Virus record (IMG/VR): IMGVR_UViG_3300046103_000285
Coordinates: 1-30,198 of that record
Length of the DNA: 30,198 nt
Strand: one strand, 5' to 3'
Source: a virus
Lineage: Duplodnaviria > Caudoviricetes
The position numbers were made by a program, and so were the translations under genes. A model generated the notes under the pieces. That model was not told the origin of the DNA. It searched no databases and was given only the letters and a program-made list of their open reading frames with translations. The number at the start of each line of letters is the position of its first letter. Within the stretch, counting starts at the first letter, position 1. Below are positions 1-8,533 of this stretch, in pieces.

Positions 1-112
1 ATATGAATTTGCCTATATATAGTATATATAATTAATACTGGGGTGGGGGGGTAATAAAATATATATATATATAAATTAATATAATAATATATAATAAATT
101 ATAATTAATATC
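1..112. other. Extremely AT-rich low-complexity non-coding tract with a G-run
   Basis: (TA)n runs and ATAAT/ATTAAT repeats flanking GGGGTGGGGGGG near 39-51; all three + frames close early. Confidence 0.6.
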
Positions 113-133
113 ATGAAACAGGAGAAAAAACAA

Positions 134-484
134 ATGAAAATAAAATTAAATGAAGAAAGTTTAGAGCAATTGATTATTGATATGCGAGAAAATGCAGTTG
201 AATTAGGTCAAGTTACCCAGAATTTAGACTTATTAGAAGAAAAACGTAAGGAGTTAGTCTATAGAGCCTATTTAGAGGTCGAAAAAGGCACTGAAATGAC
301 TAAAAAAGCAATAGCTGGTACTAACAGCAAGGTTATAGAATTAAATGCCCTTATAAGCGAATTAAAGGGAAAAGAGCAAAAGTTAAGATGGTTTCTAAAA
401 ATTGCTGAAATTCATTCAAACTTGTGGCGATCTTCTAATTCATCTAAATCTCAGGAACATAAGTTATATAATTCCTACTCATAA
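134..484 (+). CDS. Helical coiled-coil phage protein, possibly UvsY-like recombination mediator
   Basis: AGGAG at 120-124 favours ATG 134 over 113; helical with a C-terminal KLRW...LWRS pattern seen in phage proteins. Function weakly inferred. Confidence 0.5.
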   Translation: MKIKLNEESLEQLIIDMRENAVELGQVTQNLDLLEEKRKELVYRAYLEVEKGTEMTKKAIAGTNSKVIELNALISELKGKEQKLRWFLKIAEIHSNLWRSSNSSKSQEHKLYNSYS

Positions 485-494
485 AAAAAACAGT

Positions 495-523
495 TTGACA
501 ACAGAGTTTGGCTAGAATAGCAT
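495..523 (+). promoter_or_regulatory. Sigma70-type promoter
   Basis: TTGACA (495-500), 17 bp spacer, TAGCAT (518-523); GGAG at 536-539 and ATG at 547 follow. Confidence 0.7.
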
Positions 524-546
524 GAAATAAACTATGGAGAATAATT

Positions 547-804
547 ATGTTAGATACACTTACAGATAAACAACTAAAGAATTTTGAAGAAAATCAACAT
601 TCTGAAGAACTAGAAACTGTAATTAGATTAACCAAAGAACTAAAAGTTAGTCAAAACTTACTTAAATCTGTTGATGAATACCTATGTGTTCATGCAGAAT
701 CAAATGATAGAATAACATCTTTAACTAGATTGTCTTTAGGCGAACTACAAAAAGGTCTTAGATTTGATATTGATTCATTACAAGATACTTTAAATAAACT
801 TTAG
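547..804 (+). CDS. Hypothetical protein
   Basis: 85 aa ORF with GGAG RBS, directly after the promoter. Confidence 0.75.
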   Translation: MLDTLTDKQLKNFEENQHSEELETVIRLTKELKVSQNLLKSVDEYLCVHAESNDRITSLTRLSLGELQKGLRFDIDSLQDTLNKL

Positions 805-813
805 GAGAAACCC

Positions 814-1071
814 ATGAAAGAACAAAGTCAAACACAAATGATATTGGAAAAACTATTACAGGGTAAAGAGTTAACAGTCTTAGATATGGCTCAAAGACCT
901 ATCTCTAGCATGTATGGCTCTAGAAGAATATTAGATTTGAAAGAGTCTGGTATAAACGTGCAAGATGAATGGGTAGATGTACCCAGTAATAAGAAAGTTA
1001 AGAAATACTTTTTAACTGAGATGGATATTAAATCAATTAAAAGGAAATTAAATGGCAAAAAGACCAAATAA
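814..1071 (+). CDS. Winged helix-turn-helix protein (HTH_39-like)
   Basis: SQTQMILEKLLQGKELTVLD...SRRILDLKESGINVQDEWV pattern; AGGAG RBS. Confidence 0.7.
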   Translation: MKEQSQTQMILEKLLQGKELTVLDMAQRPISSMYGSRRILDLKESGINVQDEWVDVPSNKKVKKYFLTEMDIKSIKRKLNGKKTK

Positions 1072-1347
1072 AGAAATGAAAAGAAGATATGGGGAAGCAG
1101 TTGAGTATGGTTGTATTCTCTGTAAAATTTTATATGGGGTTTATACTGAGCCTTGTATTCATCATTTAACAGGGGGAGGTATGGGGATGAAGTCAGAAGA
1201 TTTTATCCCTCTTTGATATGCCATACCCACCATCAAGGTTCGCAAGGCATACATCATTTAGGAAATAGGGTTTGGGAGGAAAAATTTGGAACTCAAAAAG
1301 AAATGCTACAAATGTATTTAGAAGAAATTAACCATAATAAGGATTAA
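1052..1347 (+). pseudogene. Ref-like (RecA-dependent HNH nuclease family) gene split by a frameshift
   Basis: 1052-1216 reads MAKRPNK...GCILC...CIHHLTGGGMGMKSEDFIPL*; the -1 frame continues CHTHHQGSQGIHHLG...KFGTQKEML to 1347. Removing 1215-1219 restores FIPLCHTHH (96 aa). Confidence 0.75.
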
Positions 1348-1349
1348 AT

Positions 1350-1742
1350 ATGAGTTTTGATTACAAAAGAGATTGGGGAATCAGATTAGGGAAGATTATT
1401 AAGGTTTTAAAATCAAAAGGAGTTGAGGTAATTAAGAATGATAAAAATTCATTTACTGTAGATATAATATGTTCTTATAAGAAAGATATTAAGTTATTAA
1501 AACTATTAACAGATAAAGAAAACCAATACACCTTAGAAATGGAGAATTTAACTAAGAATTTTAAACCTTATTATCATGTGATAAGTAATTTGAAACAGGC
1601 TTTAGAGATTGTAGTAGGTGATGGCACAATTAAAACAAAAGATCCTAAGAAAAGTCTACATAAACATTTAGAGAAAGTTTCAATTAACAATATTGATGAA
1701 AGAGAAATAGCGTTTAATAAATTTTTACAATGGAGAAAATAG
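1350..1742 (+). CDS. Possible degenerate PD-(D/E)XK / VRR-NUC-like protein
   Basis: Pattern KRD..IIKVL..KG..V..VDIICSYK..LL..YT..Y.VI.N..QAL resembles small phage resolvase-like nucleases, but ExK is absent. Confidence 0.45.
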   Translation: MSFDYKRDWGIRLGKIIKVLKSKGVEVIKNDKNSFTVDIICSYKKDIKLLKLLTDKENQYTLEMENLTKNFKPYYHVISNLKQALEIVVGDGTIKTKDPKKSLHKHLEKVSINNIDEREIAFNKFLQWRK

Positions 1743-1982
1743 ATGATAAAAATAGAAAAAAACATTCCTATTGAGGGAAGAGGTAAATACAAGGAATATA
1801 TACAAGCTATGGTTAATATGAGGAAAAATGAAAGTTTTGTTGTTGATGGTTATAAGATTGTAGATGCAGTTAGAGGTTACGCTTGGAAAAAAGGACACAA
1901 GATATCTTTTAGAGAAATTGAAAAATCTTATGACAAGAACAGGAGAGTTGATAATATAAAATACAGAATTTGGAAACTATAA
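1743..1982 (+). CDS. Small basic putative DNA-binding protein
   Basis: KIEKNIPI...KY...M...ESF.V...YRIWK pattern common in phage early regions. Confidence 0.6.
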   Translation: MIKIEKNIPIEGRGKYKEYIQAMVNMRKNESFVVDGYKIVDAVRGYAWKKGHKISFREIEKSYDKNRRVDNIKYRIWKL

Positions 1983-2500
1983 TGAAATTAGATTTACTAG
2001 CATTATTATTACCCAAGTCTTTAGATATGTCTGGCATTGGTAGTGGGAAATCAAACGATACTGTAACCCCACAAGATATTGCTGTGATATTAGCTTACGC
2101 TAAATTAAGTAATGATGAACTTAACCTGTTAATGGCTAAGTTTTTAGAAGATGATTCGGCTAGGAAAAGTTTAGCTAAAAGTGTTAAGAATATAGCTATG
2201 GATTTATTTAATGATGAAGATATTATTAATACAGTAGTTGATACTGCAATTATAGAGATATTTACTGACACTACTTGTTTCTTTTGCAATGGAACAGGGC
2301 AAATAATTATTCAAGAAAGTGTTGATAAGTGTCTGCATTGTCATAATGGAATATTTAAATGGACTGACTTTTCAAGGTCAAATATAATGGGTTTAAAGAA
2401 AGAAACTTACGTTAGTATTAGAAAATCTTATAAAGAATTAACTGATAGGTTAATAGATATAGAACAATCAGCATTAAGAAAAATAGGGGATAGTAAATGA
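1982..2500 (+). CDS. Q: Lambda Q-family late antitermination protein
   Basis: TAATG coupling gives start 1982. N-terminus MKLDLLALLLPKSLDM...DTVTPQDIAVILAYA, Zn finger CFFCNGTG..CLHCHNG and C-terminal GLKKETY..KSYKEL..IEQSA follow the lambda Q layout as I recall it. Confidence 0.7.
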   Translation: MKLDLLALLLPKSLDMSGIGSGKSNDTVTPQDIAVILAYAKLSNDELNLLMAKFLEDDSARKSLAKSVKNIAMDLFNDEDIINTVVDTAIIEIFTDTTCFFCNGTGQIIIQESVDKCLHCHNGIFKWTDFSRSNIMGLKKETYVSIRKSYKELTDRLIDIEQSALRKIGDSK

Positions 2501-2916
2501 GTATTTTTAAAAAAACTAAAAGAGAATTTTTAGCAGAAAACCAAATTACAGGCATGTTTACAAAGGAAGAAGTTAAAGTTCTTGAGAGACACGATACAGA
2601 TGAAGATGATTATAACAGTAGTAGTAACTTCCCTTGGGGTTCAAGTGATGCTATGAAGTTATTTCTTGTAGTAAAGGGCGATCCCTACATCAAGGCTCAA
2701 AACATCTATGCTAAAAAGAAAAGACAAGAGTATGCACAAAGAACTTTTGAGAAGATTGTTAAGGAATTAAACACTATCTCTAATAAGTCTGACTTAGATA
2801 ACTGGGGTAAAACCTTTGCTCAAGATTACTCCAGAGATATTCCAGAGTTCGTTAAAGAACTTAGAGTAGAGTTTACTAGAAGAAAAGAAGAATTAAGTAT
2901 AAAGAATGAAAATTAA
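2497..2916 (+). CDS. Hypothetical protein
   Basis: 139 aa ORF overlapping both neighbours. Confidence 0.75.
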   Translation: MSIFKKTKREFLAENQITGMFTKEEVKVLERHDTDEDDYNSSSNFPWGSSDAMKLFLVVKGDPYIKAQNIYAKKKRQEYAQRTFEKIVKELNTISNKSDLDNWGKTFAQDYSRDIPEFVKELRVEFTRRKEELSIKNEN

Positions 2917-3934
2917 AAATACAGAAGAAGAATTTTTTAATGTTTGTAATACTAAAAATATTGATGATGAGGTAGAAAAACTTTTTCTTTATTTTAGAGA
3001 TAAAGGTTTTCCTAATTACGATATTAATAATTATTGCCCTACAACTGAGTTGGAAAAATTAAAAAAATTTAATGATAAAACTATATTCGTTAGTGGAAGT
3101 ATAAAACAAACAATGCACTCTTTAGGTTTTTTATGGTGTTTTTTCCCACATTGGGTTGATGTAAAATATAAAAACCAAAAATTAGGGTTGTTAGATTTAT
3201 GGAATAATGATGAAAAATTAAAAGTTTTAATAAAAAAAACTTATAAATGGCAATTAAAGTTTGGTAATGGTGTATTTACAATTAACAGATTAAGACAAAA
3301 CTCAAAAATATATTTGAATAAACAAAGTGTAAGTAATTTTAGACCAACTTCTGCTAAATATTTTTATAATAAATATGGTAATAATGGTGTTGTTTGGGAT
3401 ATGTGTGCTGGTTGGGGTGGCAGATTATTTGGATTTCTTTCCTCTAATTGTAATACTTATATTGGTACTGAGCCATGTGAAAAAACATATAATGGGTTAA
3501 TTGAATTAAAAAATATTTTTAGAAAAGAAAGTAAAAGAATTAATATTTATAACCTTTGTGCTGAAGACCATATCCTTGATAAAGAAAGTGTTGATTTATG
3601 TTTTACATCTCCACCATATTTTGATTGTGAAAGATACTCAAAAGAAATTACTCAATCATATATAAAGCACCCAACAAAAGAATTGTGGTTGGATAATTTT
3701 TTAAGAAAAATGATACGCAATTGTTATTACTGTTTAAAAGATAATGGTTATATGATTTTAAATATTGCAAATACTCCACAACATAAATGGATTGAGGACT
3801 CTGTTTTAAATATAAGTGAGTTAGAAAATTTTAAGTTAATTGAAACAAATTATTTAAACCTATCTTCTGTTTCTGGGAAAGGGATAAAAAGAGAGCCAAT
3901 ATTTGTTTTTAAAAAAAATAATAAAATAAAATAG
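2906..3934 (+). CDS. Amino-DNA methyltransferase (N4-C or N6-A)
   Basis: SAM-binding VWDMCAGWGG, YIGTEP, catalytic DLCFTSPPY, upstream SNFRP motif. Confidence 0.9.
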   Translation: MKIKNTEEEFFNVCNTKNIDDEVEKLFLYFRDKGFPNYDINNYCPTTELEKLKKFNDKTIFVSGSIKQTMHSLGFLWCFFPHWVDVKYKNQKLGLLDLWNNDEKLKVLIKKTYKWQLKFGNGVFTINRLRQNSKIYLNKQSVSNFRPTSAKYFYNKYGNNGVVWDMCAGWGGRLFGFLSSNCNTYIGTEPCEKTYNGLIELKNIFRKESKRINIYNLCAEDHILDKESVDLCFTSPPYFDCERYSKEITQSYIKHPTKELWLDNFLRKMIRNCYYCLKDNGYMILNIANTPQHKWIEDSVLNISELENFKLIETNYLNLSSVSGKGIKREPIFVFKKNNKIK

Positions 3935-3941
3935 GTGATAC

Positions 3942-4151
3942 ATGAAAAAGAATTACTATTGTTATAGAGCCACAGTTACCTTTTCAGGATCAGTGGGTGC
4001 TGAGAGTGAAGAACAGGCTATTGAGAAAGTAATTGCTGAGTCTAAAAGATTACCAGAAACAGTTTCTTTTAAAGAATCAGAAGTTAAAGTTAGAAAATTA
4101 CAGAAAAAACCAGAGAAAGGATTATATCATGATACAAAATATGAATGGTGA
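3942..4151 (+). CDS. Hypothetical protein
   Basis: 69 aa with AGGTG RBS; V.AESEEQAIEKV motif typical of small phage proteins. Confidence 0.7.
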   Translation: MKKNYYCYRATVTFSGSVGAESEEQAIEKVIAESKRLPETVSFKESEVKVRKLQKKPEKGLYHDTKYEW

Positions 4152-4380
4152 TGAGTTATTAAAAATAGATGGGTTTGATGAAGCCATAATAGGTGTTGAA
4201 GAATCTATTGAGCCAAAGTTAGTTTATGATATTGATAAGATCGCTGTCATATTAATGACAAGGGATAAGATGAGTGGGGAAGATGCCTACGATTATATCT
4301 CTTATAATATAACTTCTGCTTATGTGGGTGAAAAAACTCCAATATTGGTAAAAACAGGTAAGCTAGAAGATTTTATCTAA
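4129..4380 (+). CDS. Conserved phage hypothetical protein
   Basis: DGFDEAIIG...VYD..K....M..EDA.DY..YNI..AYVGE.TP motif; start 4129 (AAGGA upstream) or 4141 rather than 4033. Confidence 0.75.
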   Translation: MIQNMNGDELLKIDGFDEAIIGVEESIEPKLVYDIDKIAVILMTRDKMSGEDAYDYISYNITSAYVGEKTPILVKTGKLEDFI

Positions 4381-4444
4381 AATTGGACTCCATACGTACC
4401 CTTTCTTGCCCATATTATGGGTGTCCATAGGTAATCAGTAGGGG

Positions 4445-4942
4445 TTAGTTTATAACTCTCTTCTCGGTGTCTTTAAGGTCTTCTGAATCGGTGTTCTCAG
4501 TTTCTTCTGTCATTTCTGCAAAAGCTTTAACTTTAGGTGCAAAATTAGGAATACTCTGCATTAATGTATTCAATTCTAAGATCAATTCATCATCTGATTT
4601 CTGTGCTGTCTTATCAATATTTAAATTAATAGTTTGGCTAGAGAAGTTTCCAAGCTCAAGGATAAGTTTTGCTGTATTTAATTTAACAGCATCTTGTTCA
4701 CTCTTTAATAAATCCTGTAATACAGATATAGCCATGCCTGAAGTTGAAGTTATTCTTTCTTCATTCTTTTCTCTAATCTCAGAAGTATATTTCTTTTTAA
4801 GATATGCTCCCATCTGTCTTGGGGATTTATCTTTAGACCAACCAGCTTTGATAGCTGACTGAGTAGCATTTCCCTGAGTATCTCCCTCAACAAAACATTC
4901 TATAAATTTAATCTCTTTTTCTTTATCTATTTTTTTAGGCAT
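4445..4942 (-). CDS. terS: Terminase small subunit
   Basis: Terminase_2-like N-terminus KFIECF...GNATQSAIKAGWSK...QMGAYL; C-terminal KSDDEL. Confidence 0.8.
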   Translation of the reverse strand: MPKKIDKEKEIKFIECFVEGDTQGNATQSAIKAGWSKDKSPRQMGAYLKKKYTSEIREKNEERITSTSGMAISVLQDLLKSEQDAVKLNTAKLILELGNFSSQTINLNIDKTAQKSDDELILELNTLMQSIPNFAPKVKAFAEMTEETENTDSEDLKDTEKRVIN

Positions 4943-5243
4943 CTTTTTTCTCCAACCAAGATTGAATTAGCTTTGATACATCACAATCAGGTGTATAAGG
5001 TATAACTAAATCTTCTCTACGTTTAATCCATGTTTTATTTAATACTAATGTACCATCTACTTCAGTGTTTTCTTTATCACCTGTTAAAGAAGATACTATG
5101 GTAATTGTTTTGTTATTTTCTTTAATTACAAATCCAACAGAAACACATTCTGCTAAAGTTGAATCTACTTCATTTATATCTGTCCAACCATAAGTAGGAC
5201 TAATAGCATCTTCCCAATAAATAAGTGTAAGTTTTACATTCAT
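4935..5243 (-). CDS. Conserved phage hypothetical protein
   Basis: I.WEDA...GW...C.SVGFVI.E motif. Confidence 0.75.
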   Translation of the reverse strand: MNVKLTLIYWEDAISPTYGWTDINEVDSTLAECVSVGFVIKENNKTITIVSSLTGDKENTEVDGTLVLNKTWIKRREDLVIPYTPDCDVSKLIQSWLEKKDA

Positions 5244-5244
5244 G

Positions 5245-6273
5245 CTAAACCTTATATTTCTTACCCCTAAAATAAGCAGTTCTAAATAAGTTATTTACTT
5301 GTACTAATTCAGGGTGAATTGTTTTTTCTACAGGATCTATTGTTATTACAGCAAATCCATTATTCCAATCATTAGCTACGTTGTCTTCTAAGTAAGGGTG
5401 ATAGTCTTCTGATAGATGACCAGTCTGTACTGCCATAGTTGTTGTGGAATAAGTATTAAATGTTCTTGAGTTTAATTGGTGGGTATGACCAGTGATTATA
5501 TTTAATCCTGCCCTCATAGCATTTTGGTAAGCAGTATGAACACCACCTCTCATTCTATGTTTAATCATTACAGTATCATCTACTAAATGACTCATAGCCC
5601 AATCCCAGTCAGGAAAAATGTTTTGCATTTTAAATCCTTCAAAGTCTTCAAACTGTCTACCCCAGTTAGATACAAATTTAGATAATCTAGTTTCATGATT
5701 ACCAAAAGTAGCTACTTGTTTAATAGGGTACTTAGCACTGTTAATGATTTTTTGTATTTTATTTATCTGTGCTTGACTGTCAAATATTTCTTGTTGAACA
5801 GTTCTTTCTCTAGGCGTTATCTCTAAAGTATATTTGGCAAAAGTAGATAATATAGATAAATCCATAATATCCCCATTAGCAACTACACATTTAAGTTGTC
5901 TAGTTTTAACTAAGTCTTGCAACACTTTAAGCATTACTTGATAAGATGCTGTTTCATGTCCTTCAAAATGAGCATCAGAAAATACTAACATTGTATAAGG
6001 AACATCATCACTGATATTAATACGATTAGTTAAAGGGGGTAAATGTTCTCTGTGGGTTCTTGTTGGACCATTATATTTGTTGTCGTGTGGTTTAAGTTCT
6101 ATACCTGTCATTTCTTCAGCTTGTTTTCTATAAAAAGTCATAGTAGCTGAGTCTGTAGATTTACCTAGATAAGTAAAAACATCTTTTTGTTTATTCATTC
6201 CTGGTAAATTCCAGGCTCTAATTATGTCGTGTGCAAATGCTTTAGATATTGATGATCTATTCTTGCTTGGCAT
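5245..6273 (-). CDS. Calcineurin-like metallophosphoesterase with N-terminal extension
   Basis: All five motifs present: SDAH, GDIMD, GNHE, H (IKHR), GHTH. Confidence 0.9.
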   Translation of the reverse strand: MPSKNRSSISKAFAHDIIRAWNLPGMNKQKDVFTYLGKSTDSATMTFYRKQAEEMTGIELKPHDNKYNGPTRTHREHLPPLTNRINISDDVPYTMLVFSDAHFEGHETASYQVMLKVLQDLVKTRQLKCVVANGDIMDLSILSTFAKYTLEITPRERTVQQEIFDSQAQINKIQKIINSAKYPIKQVATFGNHETRLSKFVSNWGRQFEDFEGFKMQNIFPDWDWAMSHLVDDTVMIKHRMRGGVHTAYQNAMRAGLNIITGHTHQLNSRTFNTYSTTTMAVQTGHLSEDYHPYLEDNVANDWNNGFAVITIDPVEKTIHPELVQVNNLFRTAYFRGKKYKV

Positions 6274-6493
6274 TTATTTTCTCCTTTGTTTCTTTTAAAA
6301 GATATTCTAAATACCATTTAGCTTTTTCTAAATCTTGGACAGGAGTACCTTTATATGGAAAACGAGTAACGTATTTAATTATATTTCCACGAATATAATC
6401 CATACTCCAAGATTGAATGTACTCTATTGTTTCAATCCCCTTAGTATAATGACTAGGGTGATTAATAAGGTCTATCTTGTCTTTTTTCTTCAT
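6257..6493 (-). CDS. DUF3310 (T7 gp1.7-like nucleotide kinase family) protein
   Basis: INHPSHY..GIETIEYI...GNIIKYVTR..YKG...DLEKAKWYL. Confidence 0.85.
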   Translation of the reverse strand: MKKKDKIDLINHPSHYTKGIETIEYIQSWSMDYIRGNIIKYVTRFPYKGTPVQDLEKAKWYLEYLLKETKEKINAKQE

Positions 6494-6680
6494 CTATCTT
6501 CTCAAGCACATGTTCCCATGGTATAGGTATATATTCGTTATCCCAAAATATACCACCATAAAGGTATCCATGTCTAGTATCAAACCTACCTTTGATTCTA
6601 AACATTGCTTGATTATCAATAGACTTGATAGCTTTTATAATTTTCATTTCACGTTCTGTGAAAGGAACATTGCTACACAT
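6462..6680 (-). CDS. Hypothetical protein
   Basis: 72 aa with AGGAG RBS, in operon orientation. Confidence 0.7.
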   Translation of the reverse strand: MCSNVPFTEREMKIIKAIKSIDNQAMFRIKGRFDTRHGYLYGGIFWDNEYIPIPWEHVLEKIDEEKRQDRPY

Positions 6681-6688
6681 ATCAACTC

Positions 6689-6865
6689 CTATGCCAATAA
6701 ACCTATACTTATAAGAATTATCAACAATATAGTTAAAAGCTCAAAGATGCTAACTTCAGGCTTTAAATATTTGGTTTTTATTCTATAAAAAAACCAATTA
6801 AAAAATTCAGGTTTATGAATGATAACTACCCCTATTATCAAAGATAACAGTAATATTTCTTGCAT
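6689..6865 (-). CDS. Small membrane protein with two hydrophobic segments (not in ORF track)
   Basis: Hand translation MQEILLLSLIIGVVIIHKPEFFNWFFYRIKTKYLKPEVSIFELLTILLIILISIGLLA (58 aa); GAGG RBS; fills the operon gap. Confidence 0.75.
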   Translation of the reverse strand: MQEILLLSLIIGVVIIHKPEFFNWFFYRIKTKYLKPEVSIFELLTILLIILISIGLLA

Positions 6866-6867
6866 TA

Positions 6868-7092
6868 CTACCTCAAAGGGTTCTCCGATCTTGCTTTCAT
6901 TTCATTTACTTTTGAATTAAGAACAGCTATCTCAGCTTTATTTATAGCTATGTCTGCTACAATAGGTTTAACATCAGGAGCTGACCTAGATTCTAATACC
7001 TCAACTCTATTTAGTACACCACCTACAGTAACCATCATACCACCTAGTGTAATGACTAATCCAATTATTCCTAGTATTGATTTAATATCCAC
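6868..7092 (-). CDS. N-terminal TM plus coiled-coil protein
   Basis: Hydrophobic ILGIIGLVITLGGMMVTVGGVL, heptad-like tail ending ENPLR. Confidence 0.75.
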   Translation of the reverse strand: MDIKSILGIIGLVITLGGMMVTVGGVLNRVEVLESRSAPDVKPIVADIAINKAEIAVLNSKVNEMKARSENPLR

Positions 7093-8533
7093 GAATACTC
7101 CTTAAATGTTCTTCGGCTCTTATTCTATTACCTATAGACTCTTGAACCACTTTATTATATTCCGACATAGTATCCTGATACATAACTTGACTCTGAGCAT
7201 ATATATTTCGATCATCAATAAATTCTCTCGAATCATAATAATTTCCTCCATCAATATTTAATTGATTTATAAGTATATTATTGTTTGTATTGCCGTAATT
7301 GTCCATAGAAAGTGGGCTTTCCATAGCCCTAGCCACGATAAGGGAAGTGGCAACCAGTCTTTGGTCTATCCTTGTCAGGGTTTGATTAACCTTTTTTTCT
7401 ATAGATTCTACTGTAATAGTTTGATTACTGACTCTAGTAGTTCCTTCAGTCCTGCTATCTTCCACCGATGGGCTTCTGCTTTCGAGGGTTTCTTCTCCTG
7501 AAGTAGCAACCTCAGTTCGTTCATCTGTAGGTTCACTTCCTCCTGCTTCTCTTTCTCTGTCAGAATCATCTATTTCTTCAGCAACAACAGTATCTTCTGT
7601 TGTAGGTTCTTTAGAACGGCTAGGATTTTCTGGTACATTGTCTTCTGTAATAATACTTTCCGTTTCTTTAATAATACTTTCTTCGTTTTCTTTTGGCCTA
7701 GATGATAGGCTTGAGCTAGGCTCTGAGATAATCTCCTTAATGGGTTCTCCTTCAGGCTCTCCGATAAAGTTTGAGGTTTCAAAGACTTCTTCGATTTTGA
7801 TTTCTGTTGGGATTTCTTCATATGTTATTTCCTGAAATACATCAACAACGCCAATGTTAATTTCTTGTGTTGTTATTGGGTCAAAGTTAATTTCTTCAAT
7901 ACTAGCAACTTCTATATTAGATTCAAGATATGATTCAAAATTAAATTCTTCTTCAGGCTTATACTCAAACAATATTAAATCATTTGTTGTATCGCTTACT
8001 GTTGTTAGTATTTCTGTTTCTAATTCTTGACTTAATGGGGGTGTATTATCGTAAGTTAATGTTATATACGGATCTCGAACATCAGCAGAATAGTGTCCTA
8101 CTTGCCCTCTAGTGTCTTCAAACAATATACTCATACCTAATTCATAATCAGCACTAGTATTACTACCTATGATTATAGTGTTAGCTACATCATGTACTGT
8201 ACCCCTAGAAGCAAGATAACTTTTAGTTTGTGATGTAACTGAGCCATCATCTAAGGTTACAGATTGTGTAATATGTACTGTTTGATTGTTATACCAGTGG
8301 AATATCTCTGCACCTGTGGTCATATCAAAGCCACTTTTTAAATCATCATTCTCATAAACTACAGATGTTGAATGTGTTAAGCCATTCCAACCAGCTAAAT
8401 CATTAGAAGAATGCCAACTGTTAACTGGATTATTCCATGAGCCATCTGTAAAGTCTTGGCTAATAAGATTAGTAGTAGTAACTACTTCAGCAAACAAAGA
8501 CAAAGGAAATAATAATAATATTATCCTAATCAT
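7082..8533 (-). CDS. Secreted, highly acidic protein
   Basis: Signal peptide MIRIILLLFPLSLFA, a beta-rich ~145 aa domain, a long Glu-rich low-complexity linker, helical C-terminus. Confidence 0.8.
   Translation of the reverse strand: MIRIILLLFPLSLFAEVVTTTNLISQDFTDGSWNNPVNSWHSSNDLAGWNGLTHSTSVVYENDDLKSGFDMTTGAEIFHWYNNQTVHITQSVTLDDGSVTSQTKSYLASRGTVHDVANTIIIGSNTSADYELGMSILFEDTRGQVGHYSADVRDPYITLTYDNTPPLSQELETEILTTVSDTTNDLILFEYKPEEEFNFESYLESNIEVASIEEINFDPITTQEINIGVVDVFQEITYEEIPTEIKIEEVFETSNFIGEPEGEPIKEIISEPSSSLSSRPKENEESIIKETESIITEDNVPENPSRSKEPTTEDTVVAEEIDDSDREREAGGSEPTDERTEVATSGEETLESRSPSVEDSRTEGTTRVSNQTITVESIEKKVNQTLTRIDQRLVATSLIVARAMESPLSMDNYGNTNNNILINQLNIDGGNYYDSREFIDDRNIYAQSQVMYQDTMSEYNKVVQESIGNRIRAEEHLRSIRGY

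Noticed and set aside
1205-1220. prfB-style CTT TGA +1 programmed frameshift
   Set aside because: The conserved continuation is in the -1 frame; the +1 frame stops soon and there is no adjacent internal SD.
1153-1347. Track ORF of 64 aa as an independent gene
   Set aside because: Non-ATG start without an RBS; only its last 42 aa look meaningful, as the C-half of the Ref-like gene.
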